This document shows, in pieces, positions 9,326 to 18,182 of a DNA stretch of 55,606 nucleotides. Both the position numbers and the translations under genes were made by a program. Source of the stretch: Woeseia sp. (GTDB lineage: Bacteria > Pseudomonadota > Gammaproteobacteria > Steroidobacterales > Woeseiaceae); the NCBI GenBank assembly GCA_049665065.1, contig JBATFU010000345.1, positions 1 to 55,606 on the forward strand, written 5' to 3'. The number at the start of each line of letters is the position of its first letter. Position 1 is the stretch's first letter. The notes under the pieces are model-generated. The model saw only the letters and a list, made by a program, of their open reading frames with translations, was not told the origin of the DNA and made no database searches.

Positions 9326-10257
9326 GCTGCGGGCCCGCCGGCGTGCTGGCGATTCTCGACGAGGCCCATGAACATCTCTTCAAGCCGGTTCGCTTTGTTG
9401 CGCATGCTGACGACATGGATGTTCTGCTGGCTCAGCGCAGCGAACAGGCCATTAAGGTCCTTGCCCAGCTCAATGGCGACTTCTATTTCATTGTCGCTGG
9501 TTTTCACGACATCGAATCCGTCGAGCGCAGGCGCACTGGTAATGTTGTTTTGCAGGCTCAGGATGAAAACCTCGCGTTGCAGCTTGCGCAGGATCTTGCT
9601 CATCGGTGCATTCTCGATGATTTTGCCTTCATCGATGATCGCAACATGACGACATAGGTTTTCTGCCTCTTCGAGGTAGTGCGTCGTAAGGATGATCGTC
9701 GTGCCCGCTTCGTTGATGCTGCGCATGAACTTCCACATGGATCGACGAATCTCAATATCCACCCCCGCGGTTGGCTCGTCGAGAATAAGCAATTTCGGCT
9801 CGTGGATAAGCGCACGCGCGATCATCAGCCGGCGCTTCATGCCGCCGGACAAGCTGCGGGCCGCGTCGTGGCGCCGGTCCCACAGGCGTAAATCGCCCAG
9901 GTATTTCTCGGCACGCTCCATCGCCAGCTTGCGGCCGATGCCGTAGTAGCCCGCCTGATTGATAACGATGTTGAGCACGGTTTCGAACAGATTGAGGTTC
10001 ACTTCCTGCGGCACCAGGCCGAGACAGGATTTCGCAGCCTCGAGATTGCCATCAATGCTGTTGCCAAAAATCTCGACTTCTCCGGCCGTTTTCTGCACGA
10101 GCGAGCAGATGATGCCGATTGCCGTCGTCTTGCCGGCGCCGTTTGGTCCAAGCAACGCGTAGAAGTCGCCGGCGTCAACCGTGAAATCGATACCCTTGAG
10201 CGCCTCGGCGCCATTCGGGTAGGTTTTGGTGAGGTTCTTTATAGAGAGGGCATGCAT
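9322..10257 (-). CDS. yadG: ABC transporter ATPase, YadG-like
   Basis: GPNGAGKT, LSGGMKRR, LDEPTAGVD and C-terminal RNKANRLEE; overlaps yadH by 4 nt. Confidence 0.85.
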   Translation of the reverse strand: MHALSIKNLTKTYPNGAEALKGIDFTVDAGDFYALLGPNGAGKTTAIGIICSLVQKTAGEVEIFGNSIDGNLEAAKSCLGLVPQEVNLNLFETVLNIVINQAGYYGIGRKLAMERAEKYLGDLRLWDRRHDAARSLSGGMKRRLMIARALIHEPKLLILDEPTAGVDIEIRRSMWKFMRSINEAGTTIILTTHYLEEAENLCRHVAIIDEGKIIENAPMSKILRKLQREVFILSLQNNITSAPALDGFDVVKTSDNEIEVAIELGKDLNGLFAALSQQNIHVVSMRNKANRLEEMFMGLVENRQHAGGPAA

Positions 10258-10290
10258 GGCGGCGTATTGTATACATGCCCGGGGCCGCGG

Positions 10291-10947
10291 TCAGGGCTCG
10301 TTACTTTCAGCAACCTTTAGTGTTTGCCGCATGTGGCGGGCAGCGCGGGCCGGCTGCGCCTGCGTATTCTCGGTAAGCAAGGTTTGCAGTGCGCAAACCC
10401 GCGCCGCACGGCGTATCGCCGGCTCGCCGGCAACTCCCGCATAGAGCAACTTCCGCCACAGCTTTGCGTCGCTTTTATGGCGCAGGCGAATGACGTCAGC
10501 CCGCGCGGCTGTCGCGATGACTTCCAGCAAAGGCCGTTCCGCCAGCAGTTCGCACCAGTGAAGGCTGGCGCTGCAAACGAGGCGCGCAGCGTAGGCATTG
10601 TCGCGCGCTAGCTGCCACAGAAAACCGAGTGCCGCGGCAAGTAGCTCGGTTTCCTTGATGCCGGGCGCAGGCGCTTTATCAAACAGGCAGCCAACGGGCC
10701 CTGCACCGAACAGCTGCTCCCAGTACTGGCTGTCGGCTTCGCGAAACGAGAACAACAGGAAAGGCGTCTTGGCCAGGCGCTCGCGCTGCAGCACCGAAAG
10801 ACCGAGAAGACGCTGCTGCAGAACCTCTGGCAAACCCGCGAGCAAGGCAGAGGCTCGACCGGGATTGCCATGCAACAGGCCGATAAAGCCCGCGTTCAAT
10901 ACCTCGATATTCTGAAAATCCGCCGTCTGCGGGCCCCGGTAGTCCAT
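10291..10947 (-). CDS. Hypothetical protein with two FlhD-like repeats
   Basis: Purine-rich RBS before ATG 10947. Residues about 11-70 and 100-158 each resemble the FlhD pattern by eye. Divergent from an FlhC-like gene. Confidence 0.55.
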   Translation of the reverse strand: MDYRGPQTADFQNIEVLNAGFIGLLHGNPGRASALLAGLPEVLQQRLLGLSVLQRERLAKTPFLLFSFREADSQYWEQLFGAGPVGCLFDKAPAPGIKETELLAAALGFLWQLARDNAYAARLVCSASLHWCELLAERPLLEVIATAARADVIRLRHKSDAKLWRKLLYAGVAGEPAIRRAARVCALQTLLTENTQAQPARAARHMRQTLKVAESNEP

Positions 10948-11136
10948 GCGCCTCTCCCCCTTTCACAACCCCGATGAGCAGCTGGCAGGCCCCCGTCGCC
11001 CCGTTTCAGCTGCCGGAACGGGGTGTTTTTCGGCATATTGGCCAGTTACTTAATTTATTATTGTATTCCCAGAAGTGGATGTTATAGGGTTTTATAGCAC
11101 TGTATATGGTTCATAACTAGCATAAGGGGCGAGAAA

Positions 11137-11718
11137 ATGCGTCTGACCGATAACCGCTACGCGATGGAGCGCCACCAGTTCGAGCTCGCCCTGCGCATGA
11201 TTCAGCTGGAAGCCCGTACCGGCACGATCCGTGACTGCACCGGCCTGAGTGACGATCGCATTCGTTCGCTGTACGGCACTTACTTTCGCGATACAGGCCG
11301 CACTTCAATCGCGCGGCGCCGCGGCAAGTCGCCGCGCCAGGTCAGCCTGTTCGTCAAGAATCCGGGCAACCAGCTCGAGGCCGGAACCCTGGTCGCACTG
11401 TTCAGCGCGAACCTGCTGGTGAGGATCGACGAGCAGAGAATTGTGCACGCCTGCTGGCCGCGACCGGATGTCGAATTCGGCCATCGACTGTGTCGTGCCT
11501 ATGAAACCTACTCCCTGCTGCACCTGCATCCGCGACTGAGTTTCGAGTGGGCGTGGAACCTGCTGCAGAACATCGCCCGCAACGACGAGTTGAAACTGAT
11601 GGGCTGCACGGATTGTGCGGCCTTCTACGTGCAGGATGCCTTTGCGCTTGACGAGGGCATGTGCCCCAGCTGTGTGCTGAGCCTCGGTCGACGCGGGCGC
11701 AGCAGAACCAGACACTGA
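11137..11718 (+). CDS. FlhC-family transcriptional activator
   Basis: N-terminal LALRMIQLEAR...TGLSDDRIRSLY matches FlhC LAMELITLGAR...TQLSRGRLIKLY; also CRAYETY, LSFEWAWNL and a four-Cys zinc site CTDC...CPSC. Confidence 0.8.
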   Translation: MRLTDNRYAMERHQFELALRMIQLEARTGTIRDCTGLSDDRIRSLYGTYFRDTGRTSIARRRGKSPRQVSLFVKNPGNQLEAGTLVALFSANLLVRIDEQRIVHACWPRPDVEFGHRLCRAYETYSLLHLHPRLSFEWAWNLLQNIARNDELKLMGCTDCAAFYVQDAFALDEGMCPSCVLSLGRRGRSRTRH

Positions 11719-11818
11719 GCTTTGCGTCAGCGGCTTGCGGGGCGTGTTTCCGGTACACTGCGCCCTCAGGCAGCGCGGTCCGGCGCTGCGTCCACGGAAC
11801 CGATATTCTCGCCAGCTG

Positions 11819-12721
11819 ATGCCAGGACACAATGTTTTTGCCGGCGCGTTCGTCGACCGTTCAGCGCATCGCCGCCATGACGCTGCGTGGCTTGAAGCGG
11901 CGCTCGCGCAAGACGGCACGGTGTTCGTACCGGTTTGGGGCGATCGCTGCCTCGTCACTGACGAACCGCATCGAACCGTCTTGCTAAAGTCAGCCGATCT
12001 CGCCGCGTTCGGTAATCAACTGCCAGTCTTTCTCGGCATGTACCGTGACCAACCCGCGTTTGCGGTGCACATCAATCGCGCAATCGATGCGCCCTTTGCA
12101 GATCGTGGCACGTTTCATGACCTGCGCTACCTCGGCAGCGTGTTGCCCGCCGACGAAGCCAATCTTGTTGCTCATGCGCGCGCTTTGTTGCTGTGGCACG
12201 AGGCACAACAGTATTGCGGACGCTGCGGTACAGAGACTCTGGCGCGAGCCGCTGGCAACACGCGCGTGTGCCAGAACGGGGATTGCGGCGCGCAGATTTT
12301 TCCGCGGGTTGATCCCGCCATCATCGTACTCGTTCACGATGGCGAGAGTTGCCTGCTCGGGCGGCAGGCAAAATGGCCCGAGGGTCGCTATTCGACGATT
12401 GCCGGTTTTGTCGAACCTGGCGAGAGTCTCGAGGACGCCGTCATTCGCGAGGTCCAGGAAGAAACCAATGTTGCCGTGAGCAACGTACGCTACCACAGCT
12501 CGCAACCTTGGCCGTTTCCGGCGTCATTGATGCTGGGTTTTCATGCGCGCGGCGACAGCCGCGATATAGAGCTCAATGACGGCGAGCTTGAAGATGCGCA
12601 ATGGTTTACTCGCAAGGAGCTTGCCTCCGGTTATCCGAAGTTGCCGCCAAGATTATCGATTGCGAGACGACTGCTTGACGACTGGATCGAGGACGATGAG
12701 TTGGCACAGGGCGCTCCCTGA
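11819..12721 (+). CDS. nudC: NAD(H) pyrophosphatase / NAD-cap decapping enzyme
   Basis: Zinc ribbon CGRCG...C...C, Nudix box GFVEPGESLEDAVIREVQEET and SQPWPFP. Start placed at ATG 11819. Confidence 0.92.
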   Translation: MPGHNVFAGAFVDRSAHRRHDAAWLEAALAQDGTVFVPVWGDRCLVTDEPHRTVLLKSADLAAFGNQLPVFLGMYRDQPAFAVHINRAIDAPFADRGTFHDLRYLGSVLPADEANLVAHARALLLWHEAQQYCGRCGTETLARAAGNTRVCQNGDCGAQIFPRVDPAIIVLVHDGESCLLGRQAKWPEGRYSTIAGFVEPGESLEDAVIREVQEETNVAVSNVRYHSSQPWPFPASLMLGFHARGDSRDIELNDGELEDAQWFTRKELASGYPKLPPRLSIARRLLDDWIEDDELAQGAP

Positions 12722-12724
12722 ACC

Positions 12725-13477
12725 ATGTGTCTTGTCGTATTCGCCTGGCACCGGCATCCGCGTTATTCGTTGATCCTCGTTGCCAACCGTGACGAACAGC
12801 ACGCGCGGCCCGCAGCGGCAATGCAGTGGTGGCCTGACCAACCGGATATCCTGGCAGGCCGTGATTTGCAGGCGGGCGGCACCTGGCTTGCTTTGAGTCG
12901 TAGCGGTCGTTTTGCGACGGTTACAAACTACCGGGAACATGTGCACACGAAGCCGGCACGACTCAGTCGCGGCAAGCTCGTGACGGATTTTGTTGCAGAT
13001 GACGCTGCGCCGCTCGAGTTTTCGCAGAAACTTCGCGGCGCTGATTACGCAGGCTTCAGTTTACTAACGGCAGATTCCGAAGCGCTCTGTTACACAACGA
13101 ATCGCGATGATCCGGCGCGCCTGCTGGACGCCGGTGTTTACGGCCTCAGCAACGCTACGCTCGATACACCATGGCCGAAACTGCTGCGCTGCCGCGACGG
13201 ACTGAACGCATTGCTGGAACGCGACGCGGTGAATCCCTCGACGCTGATGAGCCTGCTTGCCGACACAGCGCCGGCGCCAGTAAAAGATCTCGACGATAAT
13301 TTGCCGGTGGAGTTCGCGCGCGCGGTGTCTGCGCCGTTCATCAGGACCGAGCAATACGGCACGCGCTGCACCACCGTGGTGCTGGTGGAAAAAAGCGGCA
13401 CTACGCTCGTCATTGAGCGTCGCTTTGACGCCACGGGTCGCACGACCGGCGACTCGCAGTTTCAGTTCAGGTCGTAG
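12725..13477 (+). CDS. NRDE/TANGO2 family protein
   Basis: MCL start, ANRDE, GGTW, SRG, GLSN and YGTR motifs. Confidence 0.9.
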   Translation: MCLVVFAWHRHPRYSLILVANRDEQHARPAAAMQWWPDQPDILAGRDLQAGGTWLALSRSGRFATVTNYREHVHTKPARLSRGKLVTDFVADDAAPLEFSQKLRGADYAGFSLLTADSEALCYTTNRDDPARLLDAGVYGLSNATLDTPWPKLLRCRDGLNALLERDAVNPSTLMSLLADTAPAPVKDLDDNLPVEFARAVSAPFIRTEQYGTRCTTVVLVEKSGTTLVIERRFDATGRTTGDSQFQFRS

Positions 13478-13485
13478 CGACAACT

Positions 13486-14175
13486 CTACGCAGCAGCGAC
13501 TTCGTAGACTTTCAGCAACCACTTGCGAATGGCGGCGATCTCCTCGGCACACACCGAGTGTGCCATCGGATAGCTGTGCCATTCCGTCGCAAAGCCGGCA
13601 GCAGTGAGTGCATCGCGGGTCTGCTCACCGAGCGCCAGCGGCAACACCGGGTCGAAACTGCCGTGCGCAACAAAGACAGGCAGCTCGCGCGGTTGTGATG
13701 TCTTTGCAGCGACAACCTCGTTATTAAATGAGTCTGCCAGCGGCATCCAGCTCGACAACACCATCAGGCCCGCAAGCGGTGACTGCATGCGTACCGCGGT
13801 GTGCATCGCAATCGCGCCGCCCTGCGAAAAGCCTGCCAGCACAATGCGGTTGAGCGGCACGCCGCGCTGCTCTTCCCGCTTGACCAGCGCCTCGAGCTGC
13901 GCCGCGCTGTCGCGGATGCCCTGTTCATCCTGCGGACCGTTGCGTTCAAAGCTGATGATGTCGTACCAGGCGCGCATCGACATGCCGTTGTTAATGGTGA
14001 CCGGACGCACCGGCGCGTGCGGGAAAACGAAACGCAGATTGAGCAAGCCATCGAGCTGCAGCTCGGGGACAATCGGTTCGAAGTCGTGGCCATCCGCGCC
14101 CAGTCCATGCAACCAGATCACGCTGCCGGCAACGTCTGCCGGCGGGCCAATTTCCACGGTCTCGAGTAACGCCAC
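13486..14175 (-). CDS. Phospholipase/carboxylesterase (alpha/beta hydrolase)
   Basis: WLHGLGA, MRAWYDI, GFSQGG nucleophile elbow, HGSFDPV and MAHSV. GTG start at 14175 preceded by GAGGAG. Confidence 0.9.
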   Translation of the reverse strand: MALLETVEIGPPADVAGSVIWLHGLGADGHDFEPIVPELQLDGLLNLRFVFPHAPVRPVTINNGMSMRAWYDIISFERNGPQDEQGIRDSAAQLEALVKREEQRGVPLNRIVLAGFSQGGAIAMHTAVRMQSPLAGLMVLSSWMPLADSFNNEVVAAKTSQPRELPVFVAHGSFDPVLPLALGEQTRDALTAAGFATEWHSYPMAHSVCAEEIAAIRKWLLKVYEVAAA

Positions 14176-14297
14176 CTGTCTCTCCTCATCTGCGGGTCGC
14201 GGCATGGTAGCAGCCTGTCCGGCGCTGTGAAGCCCTGCGAATCCCGCCATTTTGCCCGGAGTGTCCGGGGTTCCTTGCCAGTCCGCCACTTTCCCCC

Positions 14298-14326
14298 TTG
14301 ACTCAATATGCGCATGTTGTTAGGTT
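14298..14326 (+). promoter_or_regulatory. Sigma70 promoter of the arg operon
   Basis: TTGACT (14298-14303), 17-nt spacer, TAGGTT (14321-14326), with the extended -10 TGn. Confidence 0.7.
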
Positions 14327-14328
14327 TA

Positions 14329-14346
14329 TGCGCATATTTATGCAGT
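14329..14346. promoter_or_regulatory. ARG-box-like operator
   Basis: tgCGCATATTTATGCAgt resembles the TGMATWWWWATKCA ARG box and lies just downstream of the -10, ahead of argR. A weaker box (TGACTCAATATGCG) overlaps the -35. Confidence 0.6.
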
Positions 14347-14355
14347 AGTCTCCCG

Positions 14356-14811
14356 ATGCCCGAATCCACAAAGCACCCGCTTGAGCGGCGCAACGCCATT
14401 ATCGGCCTGCTCGCCGCCGGCCCGGCCGCGACCCAGAAGGCCGTGGTCGATGCACTCAATGCGCAGGGCTTCGAAGCGACCCAGTCGAGCGTCAGTCGCG
14501 ACCTGCGCGAGCTCGGCGCTTTAAAAACGCCGGCCGGCTACGTTCTCCCCGAGCACGATCGTAATGGCATTGACGAAATCGCCGCCGTCTCCGATCTCGT
14601 GCGTGAATTGAAATCGGCGGGGCCTAACCTGCTCGTTATTCGTACCGCGATCGGCGCTGCCCAGCGTGTCGCACTGGCGCTGGATCGCTGCGGCTGGCCG
14701 GAAATTGTCGGCAACGTCGGCGGTGACGACACCGTCTTTACTGCGACGACGAGCGCGGCAGCACAACGCAACGTCATCGCTCGCGTTCAACAGCACTCAG
14801 TGCGCGGCTAG
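14356..14811 (+). CDS. argR: Arginine repressor
   Basis: Winged-HTH TQSSVSRDLRELG and C-terminal GDDT arginine-binding motif. Start placed at ATG 14356. Confidence 0.92.
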   Translation: MPESTKHPLERRNAIIGLLAAGPAATQKAVVDALNAQGFEATQSSVSRDLRELGALKTPAGYVLPEHDRNGIDEIAAVSDLVRELKSAGPNLLVIRTAIGAAQRVALALDRCGWPEIVGNVGGDDTVFTATTSAAAQRNVIARVQQHSVRG

Positions 14812-14845
14812 TTCGCCGACCTGCTTTTATCCTGGAGTATTTCTT

Positions 14846-16057
14846 TTGTCCGCTGATTCTTCCCCCATTCTTCTCGCCTTCTCCGGCGGTCTCGATACCT
14901 CATTCTGCGTGCCCTGGCTGAAGCAGGAGTATGGCCGTGACGTGATCACCGTCACCGTCGACACCGGCGGCATTGATGCACAGGCCGCGAAGGATCTGCA
15001 TGCGCGGGCGCTGCAACTCGGTGCCGTCGAGCATCTGCAGCTGGATTGCAAGCAGCAATTTTTTGATGAAGTGATTCGCTTTTTGATCTTCGGCAACGTG
15101 CTGCGCGGCAATGCGTACCCGCTGTGCGTCGGTGCGGAACGCGGCGTGCAGGCGGCGGCGCTGGCACGACTCGCGAAACAGCATGGCGCCACCACCGTGG
15201 CACACGGCTGCACCGCAGCTGGCAATGACCAGGTGCGTTTTGAAGTCGCTTTACGCACGCTGAACCCCGGTCTCGAAGTGCTCGCACCCGTGCGTGACAA
15301 CAACTGGATTCGTGACGAGCAGCTGAAGTTTCTGAAAGAGAAAAAATTGCCACTGCCTGCGCAGGGCTCAGCGTATTCGATAAACCGCGGTTTGTGGGGC
15401 ATTACGATCGGTGGTCGCGAAACGCTCACGTCTGCGCAGTCGATTCCGGAAAGCGCCTGGGTGCTATCTTCCGCCGCATTCTCAGCACCACAGCCCGAAT
15501 CGCAGCACCGCCTGACGTTCAATGCCGGTATCCCGGTCGCGCTCGATGGTGAGAACATGCATCCGGTTGCGTTGATTGAAAAGCTCGAACAGCTCGCAGG
15601 TTCTTATGGCATCGGCCGCGGTATCCATCTCGGTGACACGGTGCTCGGCACAAAAGGTCGTGTTGCCTTCGAAGCACCCGCAGCCGTCACGCTGATCAAC
15701 GCCCATCGCGAACTGGAGAAACTGGTGCTGAGCGCGCACCAGGCGCGCATCAAGGACAGTGTCGCTGTCGTTTACGGCGACATGATTCATGAAGGCAGAC
15801 AGCTGGACCTCGCGGCGCGTGATGTCGAAGCTTTGCTGGCTTCGTCACAAAAGCGGGTTAGCGGCGACGTGCACATCACACTGCGACCCGGCAATCTTTT
15901 TGTAACGGGTGTCGAGTCGAAGCATTCGCTGCTCGCGGCAACACGCGGCGTGTACGGTGAATCGGCTGGCGAATGGAGCGCATCCGATGCGCTTGGCTAC
16001 TCGCGCGTCCTGTCGTTGCCCGGCACGCTGCAAACGCGTGCGGCGGCGGGGACCTGA
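14846..16057 (+). CDS. argG: Argininosuccinate synthase
   Basis: LAFSGGLDTS, AHGCTAAGNDQVRF and YSINRGLWG. TTG start at 14846 after GGAG. Confidence 0.95.
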   Translation: MSADSSPILLAFSGGLDTSFCVPWLKQEYGRDVITVTVDTGGIDAQAAKDLHARALQLGAVEHLQLDCKQQFFDEVIRFLIFGNVLRGNAYPLCVGAERGVQAAALARLAKQHGATTVAHGCTAAGNDQVRFEVALRTLNPGLEVLAPVRDNNWIRDEQLKFLKEKKLPLPAQGSAYSINRGLWGITIGGRETLTSAQSIPESAWVLSSAAFSAPQPESQHRLTFNAGIPVALDGENMHPVALIEKLEQLAGSYGIGRGIHLGDTVLGTKGRVAFEAPAAVTLINAHRELEKLVLSAHQARIKDSVAVVYGDMIHEGRQLDLAARDVEALLASSQKRVSGDVHITLRPGNLFVTGVESKHSLLAATRGVYGESAGEWSASDALGYSRVLSLPGTLQTRAAAGT

Positions 16058-16059
16058 TC

Positions 16060-17124
16060 ATGCGCAGCGTTATCGTTGACAAGATTGCCTCCGTTGCCCA
16101 GCACAGCAAGCTCGCGCAGGAACTGCGACTTGCGGATGAGATTCCCTGTGAGGAGGGCGTGCTCGTTGCCGTGCGTGTGCTGAACAATAAATCCCGCTAC
16201 AACACGCTCGAGCTTGTTAGCGGGCGCATGGCGAAAGTGAATCAGGGCGACATCGTCGTTGGCGCGCTCGGCCATCGCAAGGCTTTGCGCGGCTATTCGG
16301 GCCACCTGCCGAAGTCGCTGGAAGTCGGCGGTACGGTGCAGCTGCTGAATATCGGTGGCGTCATGGGCATCTGTGACTCGGCTAATCCGGATGTCGGTGA
16401 TCCGTTTGACTGCGAGGTCCTTGGCACCGTGCTGCACTTCCCCTATCTCGGCGAACGCATCGGCGTGCCGGCCCGTGCCGGCGCCGCGGAATTGGACAGC
16501 GCCGCGCAACTGGACACGCGCGGCGTGCCCGTTGTTGCGCTGGCTGGCACCTGCATGGACTCCGGCAAAACCGTTGCCGCCTGCGCCATTGTTGCCGGGC
16601 TGCGCCACCAGGGCCTGCGTGTCGCGGCATGCAAAGCGACGGGCGTGGCACTGCGGCGCGATATCCATGCGATGGAAGATGCCGGTGCCAGCGATTCGAT
16701 GATCTTCTCCGACCTCGGCATTGTGACGACCACGGCAGAGAACGGACCGGCGCTGACGCGCAACCTGTTGAGCAGCCTTGCCGCGCGCGGGCCTGACGTA
16801 ATCGTTGTTGAGCTCGGCGACGGGCTGATCGGCGAGTACGGCGTTGAAGCCATTCTCACGGATGAAGCCATACGCAATGCGTTTACGGCCGTCGTATTGT
16901 GCGCGAATGACCCGGTTGGAGCCTGGGGCGGCGCACGTATTCTGCGCGAGCAGTTTGGCATCGAGCCTGCCATTGTCACGGGGCCGGCGACGGACAACGC
17001 CGTCGGCATTGACCAGATTGCGCGGCGGCTCTCTTTGCCGGCAATCAATGCGCTGACCGACGGCGCAGCACTCGGCCGACATGTCGCAGAGCTTGTTGAA
17101 TCCGCGATTGGTGCGCGCGCATGA
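16060..17124 (+). CDS. DUF1611/DgcN-like P-loop protein inside the arg operon; candidate N-acylglutamate synthase
   Basis: GDIVVGALGHR, P-loop-like AGTCMDSGKT, KATG..D and VIVVELGDG. Starts 2 nt after the argG stop and overlaps argC (ATGA). The function is inferred. Confidence 0.6.
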   Translation: MRSVIVDKIASVAQHSKLAQELRLADEIPCEEGVLVAVRVLNNKSRYNTLELVSGRMAKVNQGDIVVGALGHRKALRGYSGHLPKSLEVGGTVQLLNIGGVMGICDSANPDVGDPFDCEVLGTVLHFPYLGERIGVPARAGAAELDSAAQLDTRGVPVVALAGTCMDSGKTVAACAIVAGLRHQGLRVAACKATGVALRRDIHAMEDAGASDSMIFSDLGIVTTTAENGPALTRNLLSSLAARGPDVIVVELGDGLIGEYGVEAILTDEAIRNAFTAVVLCANDPVGAWGGARILREQFGIEPAIVTGPATDNAVGIDQIARRLSLPAINALTDGAALGRHVAELVESAIGARA

Positions 17125-18182
17125 GCAGACGGATTCCCACGGCGGTTCTCGGTGCAACCGGCTATGTCGGTGGTGAGCTTCTGAGATTGCTCGCGACCCA
17201 TACCGAATTTGAACTGCGGGCCGCGGTTTCAACATCGCAAAGCGGTGAACCCGTCGCCTCCGTGTTTCCGGCGCTCGCTCCAGTGTACCGGGAGCTGCGC
17301 TTTTGTTCTGTCGATGATTGCGAAGCAATGCTGAACGATGTCGACGAACTGGCGCTGTTCTCGTCGGCACCACACGGTGCCTCAGCCGCGCTGGTGGCGC
17401 GATTGCTGGTCAGTGCGAAGCAGAAAAATGTCACAGTGCATGTAGTCGATTCATCGGCAGACTTTCGCTACACCGATAAGGAAAAGTACGCAGCAATTTA
17501 CGGCCAGCCGCACGATGCGCCCGAACTGCTGAATCAGTTTGCACAGGGCGTACCGGAGCACGTGCCCGCATGGCAAGCCGCGCATGTCGGGCATCCGGGC
17601 TGTTTTGCAACCGCCGCCATGCTTGCTGCAGTGCCGCTATGCGTGTCACAGGCGGATATCCAGAGCATTTTCATAAGTGGCGTAACGGGCAGCACCGGCT
17701 CTGGCCGTGCCCCGTCTCCGGGCACGCACCACCCGGAGCGCCACAGCAATATGTACGCCTACAAACCGCTCGCTCATCGCCATGCGCCAGAGATCGCAGA
17801 CGGCATAAGACTAGCGGGCGGTGGCGACGTCCGCGTCAACTTTGTGCCGCACTCCGGGCCCTTCACCCGCGGGATTCACATCACGCTGCAGGCCGAGCTT
17901 GCGTCGCCGATGTCGGCAAGCACCCTGCGTGCTATCTATGACCGCTATTACGAGAACTCGGTATTTGTGCAACGCGTCGACGGAACACCAAAGATCAAGA
18001 ACGTGGTGACGAGCAATCACTGCCATATCGGCGTAGCTGCCGAGGGCAATAGCGTCGTCGTGATGAGTGCAATCGACAACCTCGTCAAAGGCGCCGCCGG
18101 CGGTGCGGTGCAGTGGATGAATCGTCTCTGGTCGCTGCCAGAGCACAGCGGACTGATGGCGGTAGCGCCCGCATGGACATGA
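17121..18182 (+). CDS. argC: N-acyl-gamma-glutamyl-phosphate reductase
   Basis: GATGYVG, PGCF catalytic Cys, HRHAPEI and DNLVKGAAGGAVQ. Confidence 0.93.
   Translation: MSRRIPTAVLGATGYVGGELLRLLATHTEFELRAAVSTSQSGEPVASVFPALAPVYRELRFCSVDDCEAMLNDVDELALFSSAPHGASAALVARLLVSAKQKNVTVHVVDSSADFRYTDKEKYAAIYGQPHDAPELLNQFAQGVPEHVPAWQAAHVGHPGCFATAAMLAAVPLCVSQADIQSIFISGVTGSTGSGRAPSPGTHHPERHSNMYAYKPLAHRHAPEIADGIRLAGGGDVRVNFVPHSGPFTRGIHITLQAELASPMSASTLRAIYDRYYENSVFVQRVDGTPKIKNVVTSNHCHIGVAAEGNSVVVMSAIDNLVKGAAGGAVQWMNRLWSLPEHSGLMAVAPAWT

Noticed and set aside
11100..11115. CTGTATATGGTTCATA upstream of the flhC-like gene as a LexA box
   Set aside because: Only the left half-site matches CTGT-N8-ACAG.
11137..11718. 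FlhC-like gene as a marker of an ICE or IncC element (SetC/AcaC)
   Set aside because: No integrase, tra genes, att-like repeats or compositional break; the flanks are housekeeping genes.
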